A stretch of 64,000 bases of DNA from Firmicutes bacterium UBA911 (GCA_002294005.1 DBEH01000005.1:19475-83474); one strand, 5' to 3'; counted from the first letter of the stretch, positions 8,346-18,041 are shown. Notes: generated by a model from the sequence alone, not told the origin. Numbers and translations are program-made.

Positions 8346-10922
8346 ATGACCGAAGAGCAGACGGCTGTGCCCAAAGAAATCGACAAGCTGGTGTCCGCGG
8401 CCCGGAACGCGCTGGAGCAGCTTCGCGCCCTGAACCAGGAGCGGGTGGACGATATCGTCCGGTCCGCCGCCCTGGCCGGATTGGCGCGGCACATGGAACT
8501 CGCCCGGATGGCCGTTGAGGAAACCGGCCGCGGGGTGTACGAGGACAAAATCCTAAAAAACCTCTACGCCGTGGAGTACGTCTACAACAGTATCCGGGAC
8601 CGCAAAACGGCCGGGATGATCTACGAGGACCCGGAAACCGGCTACCGGGAAATCGCCGAGCCGGCCGGGGTAATCGCAGCCCTGATTCCGCTGACCAACC
8701 CCACTTCGACCACCCTGTTCAAGGGGCTGATCGCCCTGAAAACCAGAAACCCGGTAGTGTTCAGCTTCCATCCCGGAGCCAAGCGTTCCAGCGCCGCCGC
8801 CGCCAAGGCCCTGCTGGAGGGTGCCGTGGCCGCGGGCGCCCCGGCGGAATGCCTGGTCTGGATCGAAGACCCGACGGTGGAGGCGGCCCGGACGTTGATG
8901 CACCACCCCGGGGTGAACTTGATCCTGGCCACCGGGGGAACCGCCATGGTGCGCGCCGCGCACAGCGCGGGCATCCCGGCTCTCGGGGTCGGCCCCGGAA
9001 ACGTGCCCTGCTACATTCACCAATCCGCCCACCTGGAGCGGGCGGTGACCGACCTGATCCTGAGCAAGACCTTCGACCACGGCATGATCTGCGCCTCGGA
9101 ACAGGCGCTGATCGTGGACCGGGCCGTGGCCGGCCGCGTCAAAGAGCTGATGGAGAACGCGGGCTGCCGGTTCCTGGGCCCCGAGGAAACCCGGCTCTTG
9201 GAGCAGGTAACCACCGCGGGGCGGACCTGCTCCCTAAACCCGCAGGTCGTGGGCAAAAGCCCGGCGGACATCGCCCGCATGGCCGGTTTCGAGGTGCCGG
9301 AAGAAACCAAGATCCTGGTGGCCGTGCAGGAGGGGGTCGGTCCCGACCACCCGCTCTCGCGGGAAAAACTCAGCCCGGTGCTGGCCCTCTACGAGGTGGA
9401 TGATGCCGAGACCGCTATCGAGCGGGCCGCGGAAGTGGTGAAGTACGAAGGTCTGGGGCATACGGCGGTCATTCACGCCGCGGACCGGGAGGTGATTGAG
9501 AGCTATTCGCGCCGGGTGCCCGCCGGCCGGATCGTCCTGAACTCCCCGGCCAGCCAGGGCGCCCTGGGCGACCTGTACAACATATTAACCCCGTCGCTCA
9601 CCCTGGGCTGCGGCTATATCGGTCACAACTCCACCACCGACAACGTCAGCGCCGTCCACCTGGTGGACATCAAGCGGGTCGCGCCGCGCCGCGCCGAAAC
9701 CCAGTGGTTCCGGGTACCGCCGGAGATCTATTTCGAGCCCGGCTCGTTGAGCCACCTGAGCCAGCTTCCGGGTTTGGCCCGGGTGTTCCTGGTCACGGAC
9801 GAAGTGCTGGCCGAACTGGGTTACGTGGACCGGGTGCGCCGCCACCTGGAGCGCCGGATTGAACCGGTCAAGCTCGAGGTGTTCTCCGCCGTCGAACCGA
9901 ACCCTTCCCTGGAGACCGTACGGCGGGGCACCAAGCGCCTGGGCGAATTCGACCCCGACACCGTCATCGCCGTGGGCGGCGGTTCGGTCATCGACGCCGC
10001 CAAGGCCATGTGGCTTTTCCACGAGTACCCCGAGGTCCGCTTTGAGCACCTGAAGCAAAAATTCCTGGATATCCGCAAGCGCACTTACCGCTTGCCCGCG
10101 CGGCCGCGGAAAAGCCGGCTGGTGGCCGTGCCGACCACCTCCGGGAGCGGCTCCGAGGTCACCGCCTTCGCGGTGATCACCGACCGGGACCGGGACATCA
10201 AGTACCCGTTGGCCGACTACGCCATGACCCCCGACGTGGCCATCGTGGACGTCGACCTGGCGATGGGCCAGCCTCCGGGACTGACCGCCGACGCCGGCAT
10301 GGACGTTTTGGGCCACGCCCTGGAAGCCTGCGTCTCGGTGCGGGCGTCCGACTTCACCGACCCGCCGGCCGTCAAGGCCATTGAGTCGGTGTTCCGGTAC
10401 CTGACCCGGGCTTACCGTAACCCCGGCGACCGCGAGGCCCGGGAGAAAATGCACACCGCCGCCACCCTGGCCGGCATCGCTTTCACCAACGCCTTTCTGG
10501 GCGTGAATCACAGCCTGGCGCACAAGCTCGGCAATGAGTTCCACATTCCGCACGGGCGCGCCGTCGCCGTGCTCATGCCTCACGTGATCGAATACAACGC
10601 CCAAACGCCCTCCAAGTACGCTCCCTATCCGAACTACGGGCACTACCGGGCCGCGGAGCGCTACCAGGAAATCGCCCGGCACCTGGGGCTCCCGGCGTCA
10701 ACCGCCGAAGAAGGGTCGGCGGCTTTGGCGGGGGCCGTGCGGCGCCTGACTGCGGAACTCGACCTGCCGCTGACCATCGCCGCCTGCGGCGTGCCGCGGG
10801 ACCGGTTCGAGGACCGGCTGGCGCTGCTGGCCGAAATGGCCTACGAAGACCAGACCACGGTGACCAATCCCCGCCAACCCCTGGTGTCCGAACTGGTTGC
10901 CCTCTACCGCCGCGCCTATTGA
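8346..10922 (+). CDS. adhE: bifunctional acetaldehyde-CoA/alcohol dehydrogenase AdhE
   Basis: ALDH domain (TNPTST, GVGPGN, SKTFDHGMICASEQ) fused to Fe-ADH domain (GGGSVIDAAK, PTTSGSGSEVT, NHSLAHKLG, PHG); GGAGG RBS before ATG 8346. Confidence 0.95.
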   Translation: MTEEQTAVPKEIDKLVSAARNALEQLRALNQERVDDIVRSAALAGLARHMELARMAVEETGRGVYEDKILKNLYAVEYVYNSIRDRKTAGMIYEDPETGYREIAEPAGVIAALIPLTNPTSTTLFKGLIALKTRNPVVFSFHPGAKRSSAAAAKALLEGAVAAGAPAECLVWIEDPTVEAARTLMHHPGVNLILATGGTAMVRAAHSAGIPALGVGPGNVPCYIHQSAHLERAVTDLILSKTFDHGMICASEQALIVDRAVAGRVKELMENAGCRFLGPEETRLLEQVTTAGRTCSLNPQVVGKSPADIARMAGFEVPEETKILVAVQEGVGPDHPLSREKLSPVLALYEVDDAETAIERAAEVVKYEGLGHTAVIHAADREVIESYSRRVPAGRIVLNSPASQGALGDLYNILTPSLTLGCGYIGHNSTTDNVSAVHLVDIKRVAPRRAETQWFRVPPEIYFEPGSLSHLSQLPGLARVFLVTDEVLAELGYVDRVRRHLERRIEPVKLEVFSAVEPNPSLETVRRGTKRLGEFDPDTVIAVGGGSVIDAAKAMWLFHEYPEVRFEHLKQKFLDIRKRTYRLPARPRKSRLVAVPTTSGSGSEVTAFAVITDRDRDIKYPLADYAMTPDVAIVDVDLAMGQPPGLTADAGMDVLGHALEACVSVRASDFTDPPAVKAIESVFRYLTRAYRNPGDREAREKMHTAATLAGIAFTNAFLGVNHSLAHKLGNEFHIPHGRAVAVLMPHVIEYNAQTPSKYAPYPNYGHYRAAERYQEIARHLGLPASTAEEGSAALAGAVRRLTAELDLPLTIAACGVPRDRFEDRLALLAEMAYEDQTTVTNPRQPLVSELVALYRRAY

Positions 10923-10958
10923 AAAACCCCACCCGCCGCTTCGGCGAATGGGGTTTTT
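10922..10958. terminator. bidirectional intrinsic terminator
   Basis: aaaaaccccacccgccgcttcggcgaatggggttttt between convergent genes. Confidence 0.8.
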
Positions 10959-10980
10959 ATCGTACCGGTATGCTCAATTC

Positions 10981-11211
10981 CTACCGGATCTGTTCCTTCT
11001 CCAGAGAGTTGGCCCAAAGCTTCCACTGTTCTTCCACCCAGGCGTCGATGAGCTCCGGGTCCAGGTCGGAAGACACGCTGAAATTCTCACACAAGATCCG
11101 GTAATGCTTCCGCACGTGTTCTTTGATCTCGTTCCCCTGCATATCGTTGAGCGCCCGCCGCAGGCATTCCTTCAACGCCCACTTGTGGCCCCCGTCCACA
11201 CTGCCCGCCAC
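10981..11211 (-). CDS. small hypothetical protein (~76 aa)
   Basis: GGGGGG RBS before GTG, protein-like composition, terminator downstream, sigma-H-like promoter upstream. Confidence 0.6.
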   Translation of the reverse strand: MAGSVDGGHKWALKECLRRALNDMQGNEIKEHVRKHYRILCENFSVSSDLDPELIDAWVEEQWKLWANSLEKEQIR

Positions 11212-11272
11212 TACGGTCCACCCCCCTTGCAACGTCTAAAGCGCTGTGCTGACACGGGGCATATACAGTGGT

Positions 11273-11300
11273 AGTTCCTCAGAGGCGCTTTTTCTCCTGC
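11273..11300 (-). promoter_or_regulatory. possible sigma-H promoter
   Basis: GCAGGAGAA-N11-GAGGAACT resembles RNAGGAWWW-N11/12-RNNGAAT. Confidence 0.4.
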
Positions 11301-11360
11301 TTGAACCCAAAAAAACACAGCGCACCCTTGCATTTGACCGTTTCTTCTAGACCACTGGCA

Positions 11361-11547
11361 GGTCTTTCGGGAGGAACATGAGTTCTCGCCTTGGTGTGAA
11401 CCGTATCCCCGGCCGCAGCCGGGGCCGGACTGCACGCGATTACCCGGTAAGCCACCGGGCGGGGCTTCTCCCAAACCGCCGGTCCATAGAACCGGTGACA
11501 GGCCCAGCACATCGGTACGCTGCACATTGCAAGCCATGCGGGAGACT
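11361..11547 (+). ncRNA. candidate structured ncRNA or non-autonomous element (copy A)
   Basis: Terminal stem GUCUUUCG/CGGGAGAC with G-U pairs on +; further long-range pairing; hairpins CCCCGGC/GCCGGGG, CCCGGU/ACCGGG, CCGGU/ACCGG; shares motifs with 53184-53368. Confidence 0.45.
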
Positions 11548-11648
11548 ATTCGCCCCTTAGATGTTTAATCCTTCCAGTGCAGAAAATTTTAGGGGTCGAA
11601 CCTCAAAAATAACAGGGATCTCATTACCAACTGAAAGTCAGGGAAAGT

Positions 11649-11730
11649 AAAAAGGGGCCTGGCCCCTTTTACCCCGGGGATCAGACCTCAAAACTTCAGT
11701 CAAAAAGTGTTAGGGGCCTGGCCCCTTTTT
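11649..11730. repeat. pair of short palindromic repeats (GGGGCCTGGCCCC)
   Basis: aaaaaggggcctggcccctttt (11649-11670) and aggggcctggccccttttt (11712-11730) just downstream of era. Confidence 0.75.
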
Positions 11731-11737
11731 AACCCCG

Positions 11738-12643
11738 TCAGTCGGTGCTTTTGAAGCCCAGGTGCTGCAGTTGCCGTTCGTCCCGGCGCCATTTGGGCTT
11801 GACTTTCACCCACAGTTCCAGGTACACCCGCACGCCGAGCAGGCTCTCGATCTCCTCCCGGGCCAGCTGCCCGATGTTCTTCAACATCCGGCCGCCTTCA
11901 CCGATCAGAATCGCCTTCTGTGATTCCCGCTCCACAATTACGTTGGCCCGGATCACCGTCACCCCTTTTTGGCCCGGGAACACTTCCTCGACCACCACGG
12001 CCACGCTGTGCGGCACCTCCTGGGCGGTCAAATGGAGCACCTTCTCCCGCACCAGCTCGGCCAAGATCACTTCTTCGGTCTGGTCGGACACGGTGTCTTC
12101 CGGATAGTACCGCGGTCCCGGCGGCAGGCACCCGACCACCAGGTCGACCAAAGGGCCGGTGTTCTCTCCCGTCCGGGCGGAAAGCGGCACAATTTCTCGA
12201 AACCCCATCTTCCGGCGCATCTCGTCGATGAGCGGCAGGAGCTTGGGCTTGGCGACCAAGTCGACTTTGTTGATCACCAGGAACACCGGCGTGCTTATCC
12301 CGGCCAGGCGTTCCAGAATGAATTCGTCCCCCGGTCCGCTCTCCCGGTGCGCCTCGATCAGGAACAAGACCAGGTCCACGTCCTTCAGGGTCTTCAAGGC
12401 CGTATCGACCATCATCCGCCCCAACTGGTGTTTGGGCTTGTGAATTCCCGGGGTGTCCACGAACACCACCTGCGCGTCGTCCCTGGTGAGCACGGCCCGG
12501 ATGCGGTGCCTGGTGGTCTGGGGCTTGTCGGAAATGATCGCCACCTTGCGGCCGACCAGGCTGTTTAAGAGCGTGGACTTGCCCACGTTGGGACGCCCGA
12601 CGATGGTCACGAACCCGGACCGGTGTTCCGGCGGTTGATCCAT
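11738..12643 (-). CDS. era: GTPase Era
   Basis: GRPNVGKST, KPQTTR, DTPGIH, NKVD, KH domain with ERESQKAILIGEGG. Confidence 0.97.
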   Translation of the reverse strand: MDQPPEHRSGFVTIVGRPNVGKSTLLNSLVGRKVAIISDKPQTTRHRIRAVLTRDDAQVVFVDTPGIHKPKHQLGRMMVDTALKTLKDVDLVLFLIEAHRESGPGDEFILERLAGISTPVFLVINKVDLVAKPKLLPLIDEMRRKMGFREIVPLSARTGENTGPLVDLVVGCLPPGPRYYPEDTVSDQTEEVILAELVREKVLHLTAQEVPHSVAVVVEEVFPGQKGVTVIRANVIVERESQKAILIGEGGRMLKNIGQLAREEIESLLGVRVYLELWVKVKPKWRRDERQLQHLGFKSTD

Positions 12644-12808
12644 TGCGTTGCTCCGACCTTTCATGTTTGCTGTCGGCTACGGGGTGCCATGGTGTCACCC
12701 CGGCATTGCAGGCGGCCACGACCCGCGCATGTAAAATACCCGCAGCCCGTTATTTTAGAATTGTTTGTTCCAATCTCTGCAAGCCCTGACATGCTTGCGT
12801 TTTATAAG

Positions 12809-13645
12809 TCAGGCGTCCGTCCTGTGCAGGCGGAAAGCTTCGGGCAGAAGCTCGGAGAGGGTTCGCACCGTGAACTCGCCGCGGCCGTCGGCCAGGATCA
12901 GGCGCAGCCCGGGCGCGAATTCACTCAACACCTGGAGGCAGGCGCCGCAAGGAAGCGCGGTCTTCTCTCCTTCCACGGCCACCGCCAGGGCCGTAAACTC
13001 CCGGACCCCGGCGGCCACGGCCGAAACCACGGCGGCCCGTTCGGCACAGACCGCAAGGCCGTACGAAGCGTTTTCCACGTTGCACCCAGTGAAGACCCGG
13101 CCGCCGGGAACCAGGAGCGCGGCCCCCACCCGGAATCCGGAGTAAGGCGCGTAAGCGTTTTGCAGGGCCGCCCCGGCCCGTTCGGCAAGTTCGGTGTCGG
13201 ACAGCGCGGCGAGCACGGCGTCCTCGCGTTCCTGCATCCGGCGCGCGTCCTCATCCCTTTCGTGATCGTAACCCAAGAGGTGGAAGGTGCCGTGCACAGC
13301 CAACCGGGCCACCTCCCACGCGAACCCGTGACCGTATTCGGCAGCCTGGCGCACCGCCGCCGGCAGGGAGATCACCACGTCGCCCAGGAGCAAAACCCCC
13401 GGTTCATCTCCGGCCCCGGGCTCCTCTTCGCCCATGGGGAAGGCCAAGACGTCGGTCGGCCGGTCTTGTCCCCGGAAACGGCGGTTAAGGTCGTGGATAT
13501 AATCGTCGTCCACCAGGGCGACGCTCACTTCGACCCGCGGCCCTGCTCCCCCGGCCAATGCCGACTCGACGGCCATGGTGACGAGGGAGGCCAGGCGCTC
13601 ATCAACCGTTACTGTTTCCTGTAAGTTGCTTATTGCGACGGTCAT
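12809..13645 (-). CDS. ybeY: fusion of rRNA maturation RNase YbeY and cytidine deaminase Cdd
   Basis: N-half PTDVLAFP, LGDVVIS, HGTFHLLGYDH (YbeY); C-half AYAPYSGFRVGAAL, GCNVENASY, CAE, PCGAC (Cdd); one ORF. Confidence 0.9.
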   Translation of the reverse strand: MTVAISNLQETVTVDERLASLVTMAVESALAGGAGPRVEVSVALVDDDYIHDLNRRFRGQDRPTDVLAFPMGEEEPGAGDEPGVLLLGDVVISLPAAVRQAAEYGHGFAWEVARLAVHGTFHLLGYDHERDEDARRMQEREDAVLAALSDTELAERAGAALQNAYAPYSGFRVGAALLVPGGRVFTGCNVENASYGLAVCAERAAVVSAVAAGVREFTALAVAVEGEKTALPCGACLQVLSEFAPGLRLILADGRGEFTVRTLSELLPEAFRLHRTDA

Positions 13646-15779
13646 TTCCGGCCCGTCTCCTCTCGATCTCCTTGCCGTCAGGATACTCAATCCGGTGGTG
13701 ATAAATACCGGTGAACACCCGGCCGAAGGCGGCCGCGATCAGTTCCAGGTCCCGGAAGTTCAGGTTGCACTCGTCCAACTGCCCGTCCGCCAACTTGTCC
13801 TTGATCACCTTGCGGATCGGGCCCTCGATCTGGCCCGGCGGCGGGTTGGGAACCGACCGCACCGCCGCCTCCACCGTGTCGGCGAGCATGATCAGCGCCG
13901 CTTCCCTGGTCTGCGGTTTGGGACCCTCATAGCGGAAGTCCTCCTCCCGCACCAGGTTCTTCGCGTCCTGCTGCAGCGCCTTGTGGTAGAAGAAAGTGAC
14001 GAGGCTCGTCCCGTGGTGCTGCTCAATGATGTCCACAATCGCCTGGGGCAGCTTGTGTTCCCGGGCGAACTCCACGCCGTCCTTGACGTGGGCGTTCAGG
14101 ACCAGGGTGGACAGACCCGGCGTAATCTTGTCGTGCGGGTTTTCCGTCGTCAGTTGATTCTCGATGAAGAAATAAGGACGCCGGATCTTGCCGATGTCGT
14201 GGTAGTAGGCGCCCACCCGGACCAGGATGGTGTCCGCACCCACCGCCTCCGCCCCAGCCTCCGCCAGATTTCCCACCAGGATGCTGTGGTGGTAGGTCCC
14301 GGGAGCGTCCAGCAGGAGCCGCTTCAACAAGGGCTGGCCGGGGTTGGCCAATTCCAGGAGCTTGACCGCGCTGGTGATCCGGAAGGAACTCTCCAGGAAG
14401 GGCAGCGCCCCGTTCGCCAACACCGAGGACAGCAGGCCGTTCGCCGTGCCCAGGATCAGGCCGGACACCAGCAAAAGGCCCCAGGAGGTATCGGTCACCA
14501 GCCCGACCGTCATTATGGCCGCGATGTTCGCCACCGCGACCCAGGCCCCGGCCCGAACCAGGTCGGTGCGCTGGCTGAGTTTGGACACGCTGAACACCCC
14601 GGCCATCCCGCCCAGGAGGCCGACCAGGGCAAAGCGCAAGTCGTTCCCCGTCATGACCCCGACCAGGACCGCCAGAACGACCACCATGATCAGCGCCAGG
14701 CGGAGATCCAGCAGGATCGCCACCAGCATCCCCGCGGCCGCCACCGGCACCCCGTAGCCCATCAGCCCGCCAAACTCGGGCCATTGCGTGACCTGGATGG
14801 CCACCAGCACCTTGCCGACCCCCATTACGGCCAGGACGATGATCCCCAACATGTAAAGGTAAGCGACATTCCCGTATATCTCCCGGTGCTCGCGCCGGAT
14901 GTAGAACAGCACGGCCCCCATCAGGAGCACCATCAGGAGCACCGTGCCCAGAACGCTCTTGAAGGGCGGGGGCGGTTGCAGCACTCCAGCGGCCTGGAGT
15001 TTCACCAGGTGTTCCGAGGTGACGATCTCCCCTTCGCCGATGATCTTCTGCCCCTTCAGCAGAGTCAACTGGATCGGTGCCACCTGGTCCATGGCCGCCT
15101 GCCGCAGTTGTTCGGTGCGCGACGCGTTGTAAAAGGCGTTCGGCCGCACCAAGGCATTAACCAGGTTTTGGGCCAGCAGCTCGTACGGCTGGCTCCAGCC
15201 GGCGTCCCTGATCCCCTCGGTCAAAGACTGCTTGGTGTCCGCCAGGTTCTCCTCGGCCACCCCTTGACCGGTTTCCATCGTCCGGGTGACCATCACGGTC
15301 AGTTCTTTTTCCACCGCGGCGGTGGCCGCCGGGTCTCCCCCGGCCAGGCTTGCCAGCGCACCGGCCGGCAAGGCGAAGGGGATCACCGGCTTGAGGGCCT
15401 CAGCCTTCTCCTGGGTGTTCTTGTTTTCGTCCTGCTGCGCGTCCCTGATTCCAGACATGACGCCCGTTATCTCCGCGCGCACGGCCAGGGTGACCTGCGG
15501 GTCAAAATCGTACTGCCGGGCCACCATCTGGGCGGCCTGCTGCCGGGCTTCCTCGGTTTTGACCCGGTCCTCAAAGGTGGTGGTTTCCGGTGCCTTGATG
15601 GTATCCGGGGAGGCCTGCCCCGCCTGCAGGCGCACCTGTCGGGGGAAGAAGTCGACGCAGACGATGAGGGTCAAGAACAACAGGAACAACGAGGCCGCAC
15701 CCGCCCGGCGGACCTTCTGGCTGCGGAAAAGGGACGGCACGCCGCGCCCGGCGTATACCACCAGCTCACGCAGACCCAC
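13602..15779 (-). CDS. pgpH: 7TM HD-domain c-di-AMP phosphodiesterase PgpH (YqfF)
   Basis: Extracellular 7TMR-HDED region, TM block, APGTYHHS, YYHDIGK, FFIENQ, HHGTS, FRYEGPKP, MLADTVEAA; phoH-ybeY synteny. Confidence 0.92.
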   Translation of the reverse strand: MGLRELVVYAGRGVPSLFRSQKVRRAGAASLFLLFLTLIVCVDFFPRQVRLQAGQASPDTIKAPETTTFEDRVKTEEARQQAAQMVARQYDFDPQVTLAVRAEITGVMSGIRDAQQDENKNTQEKAEALKPVIPFALPAGALASLAGGDPAATAAVEKELTVMVTRTMETGQGVAEENLADTKQSLTEGIRDAGWSQPYELLAQNLVNALVRPNAFYNASRTEQLRQAAMDQVAPIQLTLLKGQKIIGEGEIVTSEHLVKLQAAGVLQPPPPFKSVLGTVLLMVLLMGAVLFYIRREHREIYGNVAYLYMLGIIVLAVMGVGKVLVAIQVTQWPEFGGLMGYGVPVAAAGMLVAILLDLRLALIMVVVLAVLVGVMTGNDLRFALVGLLGGMAGVFSVSKLSQRTDLVRAGAWVAVANIAAIMTVGLVTDTSWGLLLVSGLILGTANGLLSSVLANGALPFLESSFRITSAVKLLELANPGQPLLKRLLLDAPGTYHHSILVGNLAEAGAEAVGADTILVRVGAYYHDIGKIRRPYFFIENQLTTENPHDKITPGLSTLVLNAHVKDGVEFAREHKLPQAIVDIIEQHHGTSLVTFFYHKALQQDAKNLVREEDFRYEGPKPQTREAALIMLADTVEAAVRSVPNPPPGQIEGPIRKVIKDKLADGQLDECNLNFRDLELIAAAFGRVFTGIYHHRIEYPDGKEIERRRAGNDRRNKQLTGNSNG

Positions 15780-15786
15780 TAAGAGG

Positions 15787-16758
15787 TCACTCCTCTTTCA
15801 GCCTCCCGGCCCGCTCGTAGGCTTCCACGATCTTGATCACCAGCGCGTGGCGCACGGTGTCGGCCCCGGTCAGGTATATGAACTCGATCCCGGCGGTCCC
15901 CGAGAGCACCTCTCCGGCCTCGATCAGCCCGGATGCTTGTCCCCTGGGCAAATCGACCTGGGTGACGTCACCGGTAACCACCGTCTGGGACCCAAAACCC
16001 ATGCGGGTTAGGAACATCTTCATTTGCTCCGGGGTGGTGTTTTGCGCCTCATCCAGGATAATGAAGGCGTCCTCGAGCGTCCGTCCCCGCATGTAGGCCA
16101 GAGGGGCGATTTCGATAATGTGCCGGTCCAGGTAGCGCCGGGTGTTTTCCACGCCCAACACGTCAAACAAGCTGTCGTACAAGGGACGCAGATACGGATC
16201 GACCTTTTCCTGAAGGTCCCCGGGCAAAAACCCCAGTTTCTCACCGGCCTCCACGGCCGGCCGGGTCAGGACCAGACGGCCCACTTCCTTGTTGCGCAAC
16301 GCCCGCACCGCCATCACCACGGCCAGGTAGGTCTTCCCGGTCCCAGCCGGCCCGATGGCGAAAACCACGTCCTTTTCGGACATGGCCCGGACGTATTTCT
16401 GCTGTCCCAGCGTCTTGGGCCGCACCGGCTTGCCCCGCGGGGTGGTCAGGATCACTTCGCGCGCCAGGCCCGCCAGGCCCGCCTGCTCCCCGGCACGTAC
16501 GCTATTGATGATATACTTGACGTCGGAAGGCGTCAAGTCGCGGCGCTCCAGGAAGAAGGCCTCCAGCTGGCGGATGACTTCCTGCCCTTCGGCGACCTGC
16601 TCCGGAGTGCCAAAGAGGATCATCTCCCCATTGCGCAGCACCAGGCGCACCCCCAGGTCGTCCTCCAGAACGGCCAGGTGTTCATCGTAGTTCCCGACAA
16701 TGGCGGCCGCCACCCGGGGGTCCTGAACCACAATCCTCTTTTCCGCCTGTTCCGTCAA
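15787..16758 (-). CDS. phoH: PhoH family ATPase
   Basis: GPAGTGKT, RPAVEAGEKLGFLPGDL, AYMRGRTL, ILDEAQN. Confidence 0.96.
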   Translation of the reverse strand: MTEQAEKRIVVQDPRVAAAIVGNYDEHLAVLEDDLGVRLVLRNGEMILFGTPEQVAEGQEVIRQLEAFFLERRDLTPSDVKYIINSVRAGEQAGLAGLAREVILTTPRGKPVRPKTLGQQKYVRAMSEKDVVFAIGPAGTGKTYLAVVMAVRALRNKEVGRLVLTRPAVEAGEKLGFLPGDLQEKVDPYLRPLYDSLFDVLGVENTRRYLDRHIIEIAPLAYMRGRTLEDAFIILDEAQNTTPEQMKMFLTRMGFGSQTVVTGDVTQVDLPRGQASGLIEAGEVLSGTAGIEFIYLTGADTVRHALVIKIVEAYERAGRLKEE

Positions 16759-16789
16759 TAAGGAATTCTCCTCCTTGGGAATTCAATAA

Positions 16790-18007
16790 CTACGAGTGCG
16801 GTCTTTCCACGCCGATGTCCTCCAGGGTTTCCACGATGATCCGGACCCTGACCAACTCCTCGGCGCTTCCCGTGTCCACCAGGTCGACCCGCCGGTGCAG
16901 CACCTCGGCCTCGGCCGGCACTCGTTCTTTCAATATCCCGCGCGCTTGTTCCGTGGCCGACCGCAATGCTTCCTCCCGGCTTATGCGCACCGGGTGCGGC
17001 TTCGTTTCCCGGAAAACAGTGGTGCTTACTTCGACGGGCAGGAAGTAATTCCTCCAGCCCGGCCCCGTCCATACCGTTTCGGACGTCTGGAAGCTCGAAA
17101 AAGGATCCTCGCGGGGACCGGAGACCACCAACCGCCGCCCAAAGAGCCGTACGGCCACGCGCCGCTCCTCCCGACCGGTGGGCTTTTGCGTATGCTCCAC
17201 CAGGGCCGATTCCCCGTAGGCCTCGTACCAGACCCGGGCGTTGACGATCCCCCGGGCCCTTATCAGGCGGGGCTCAACGTTTAAAATCGCTCCCTGGGGA
17301 TCGAGCGCCTCCGGGGGCCAGATTTCCCCCGAGATCAAGAGCTGCCCGGGGAAGACCGTATCCCCCTCCCGGACGACGGCCTGGCCGCTTAGCACGAGCA
17401 CGTCCCGCACCAAGCCGGCCTTGCCCGCCAGGATATCGGAGGGCCCGTCTTGGTCGGGCGGCAGGAACTTCTTCTCGGCCACGGTGATCAGCGCCCGCGT
17501 ACCCCTGATTTCCAGGCCGACCCAGGCCACGGCGGGAAGCCGCTCCTTGATCTTCTCCTCCACCGCGAATACCTCAAAACGCCACTTGGGCGCACCGCGG
17601 TAGAAACCGGCTTCCCGGGCGGCGGCGATGATTTCCTGCTCTCCGACTTTAACATTCCCCTCAACCTCGACGAACCACACAAAGGATGACAGAACATACA
17701 GCGCGGTCAGGAAAAAAACCACGCCCAGCGCCAGCGTCTTCCGGCGCCGGGCCCGGCCCAGAAAGAAGGGCAGTCCGGAGCGCCTTTCGATTTTGAACCG
17801 GCTGCCCGTGTCCCGGGCGATATGACGCAGTGGTTTGACGCCGCTCAACCGGGTCTTGATCAGGATCCGGTCCTGGTCCAGCCGCCGGATATCCCAAAAA
17901 TAGATGCCCCCTCTGGTCGCCAGGTTGATGAACCGTTCCAGGGTTCGTCCGTTGACCACCATGGTTACGTAGCCGAACAGGTAGGCCAGGATCTTCAATA
18001 CTAACAC
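16790..18007 (-). CDS. yqfD: sporulation protein YqfD
   Basis: GRTLERFINL, WFVEVEGN, VREGDTVFPGQLLISG, ARGIVNARVWY; yqfC-phoH synteny. Confidence 0.92.
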   Translation of the reverse strand: MLVLKILAYLFGYVTMVVNGRTLERFINLATRGGIYFWDIRRLDQDRILIKTRLSGVKPLRHIARDTGSRFKIERRSGLPFFLGRARRRKTLALGVVFFLTALYVLSSFVWFVEVEGNVKVGEQEIIAAAREAGFYRGAPKWRFEVFAVEEKIKERLPAVAWVGLEIRGTRALITVAEKKFLPPDQDGPSDILAGKAGLVRDVLVLSGQAVVREGDTVFPGQLLISGEIWPPEALDPQGAILNVEPRLIRARGIVNARVWYEAYGESALVEHTQKPTGREERRVAVRLFGRRLVVSGPREDPFSSFQTSETVWTGPGWRNYFLPVEVSTTVFRETKPHPVRISREEALRSATEQARGILKERVPAEAEVLHRRVDLVDTGSAEELVRVRIIVETLEDIGVERPHS

Positions 18008-18041
18008 GCTTTCACCCCCATGCCGGCTTTATTGAGTGGGG

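Noticed and set aside
11300-11560. T-box, c-di-GMP riboswitch, tRNA-Sec or RNase P
   Set aside because: No T-box antiterminator, GEMM motifs, cloverleaf/CCA or GAGGAAAGUCC core.
13575-15782. Long antisense ORFs (735 aa here; also 29764-31656, 33104-34738, 48369-49706)
   Set aside because: Shadow frames opposite well-conserved genes, expected at high GC; no motifs or RBS.
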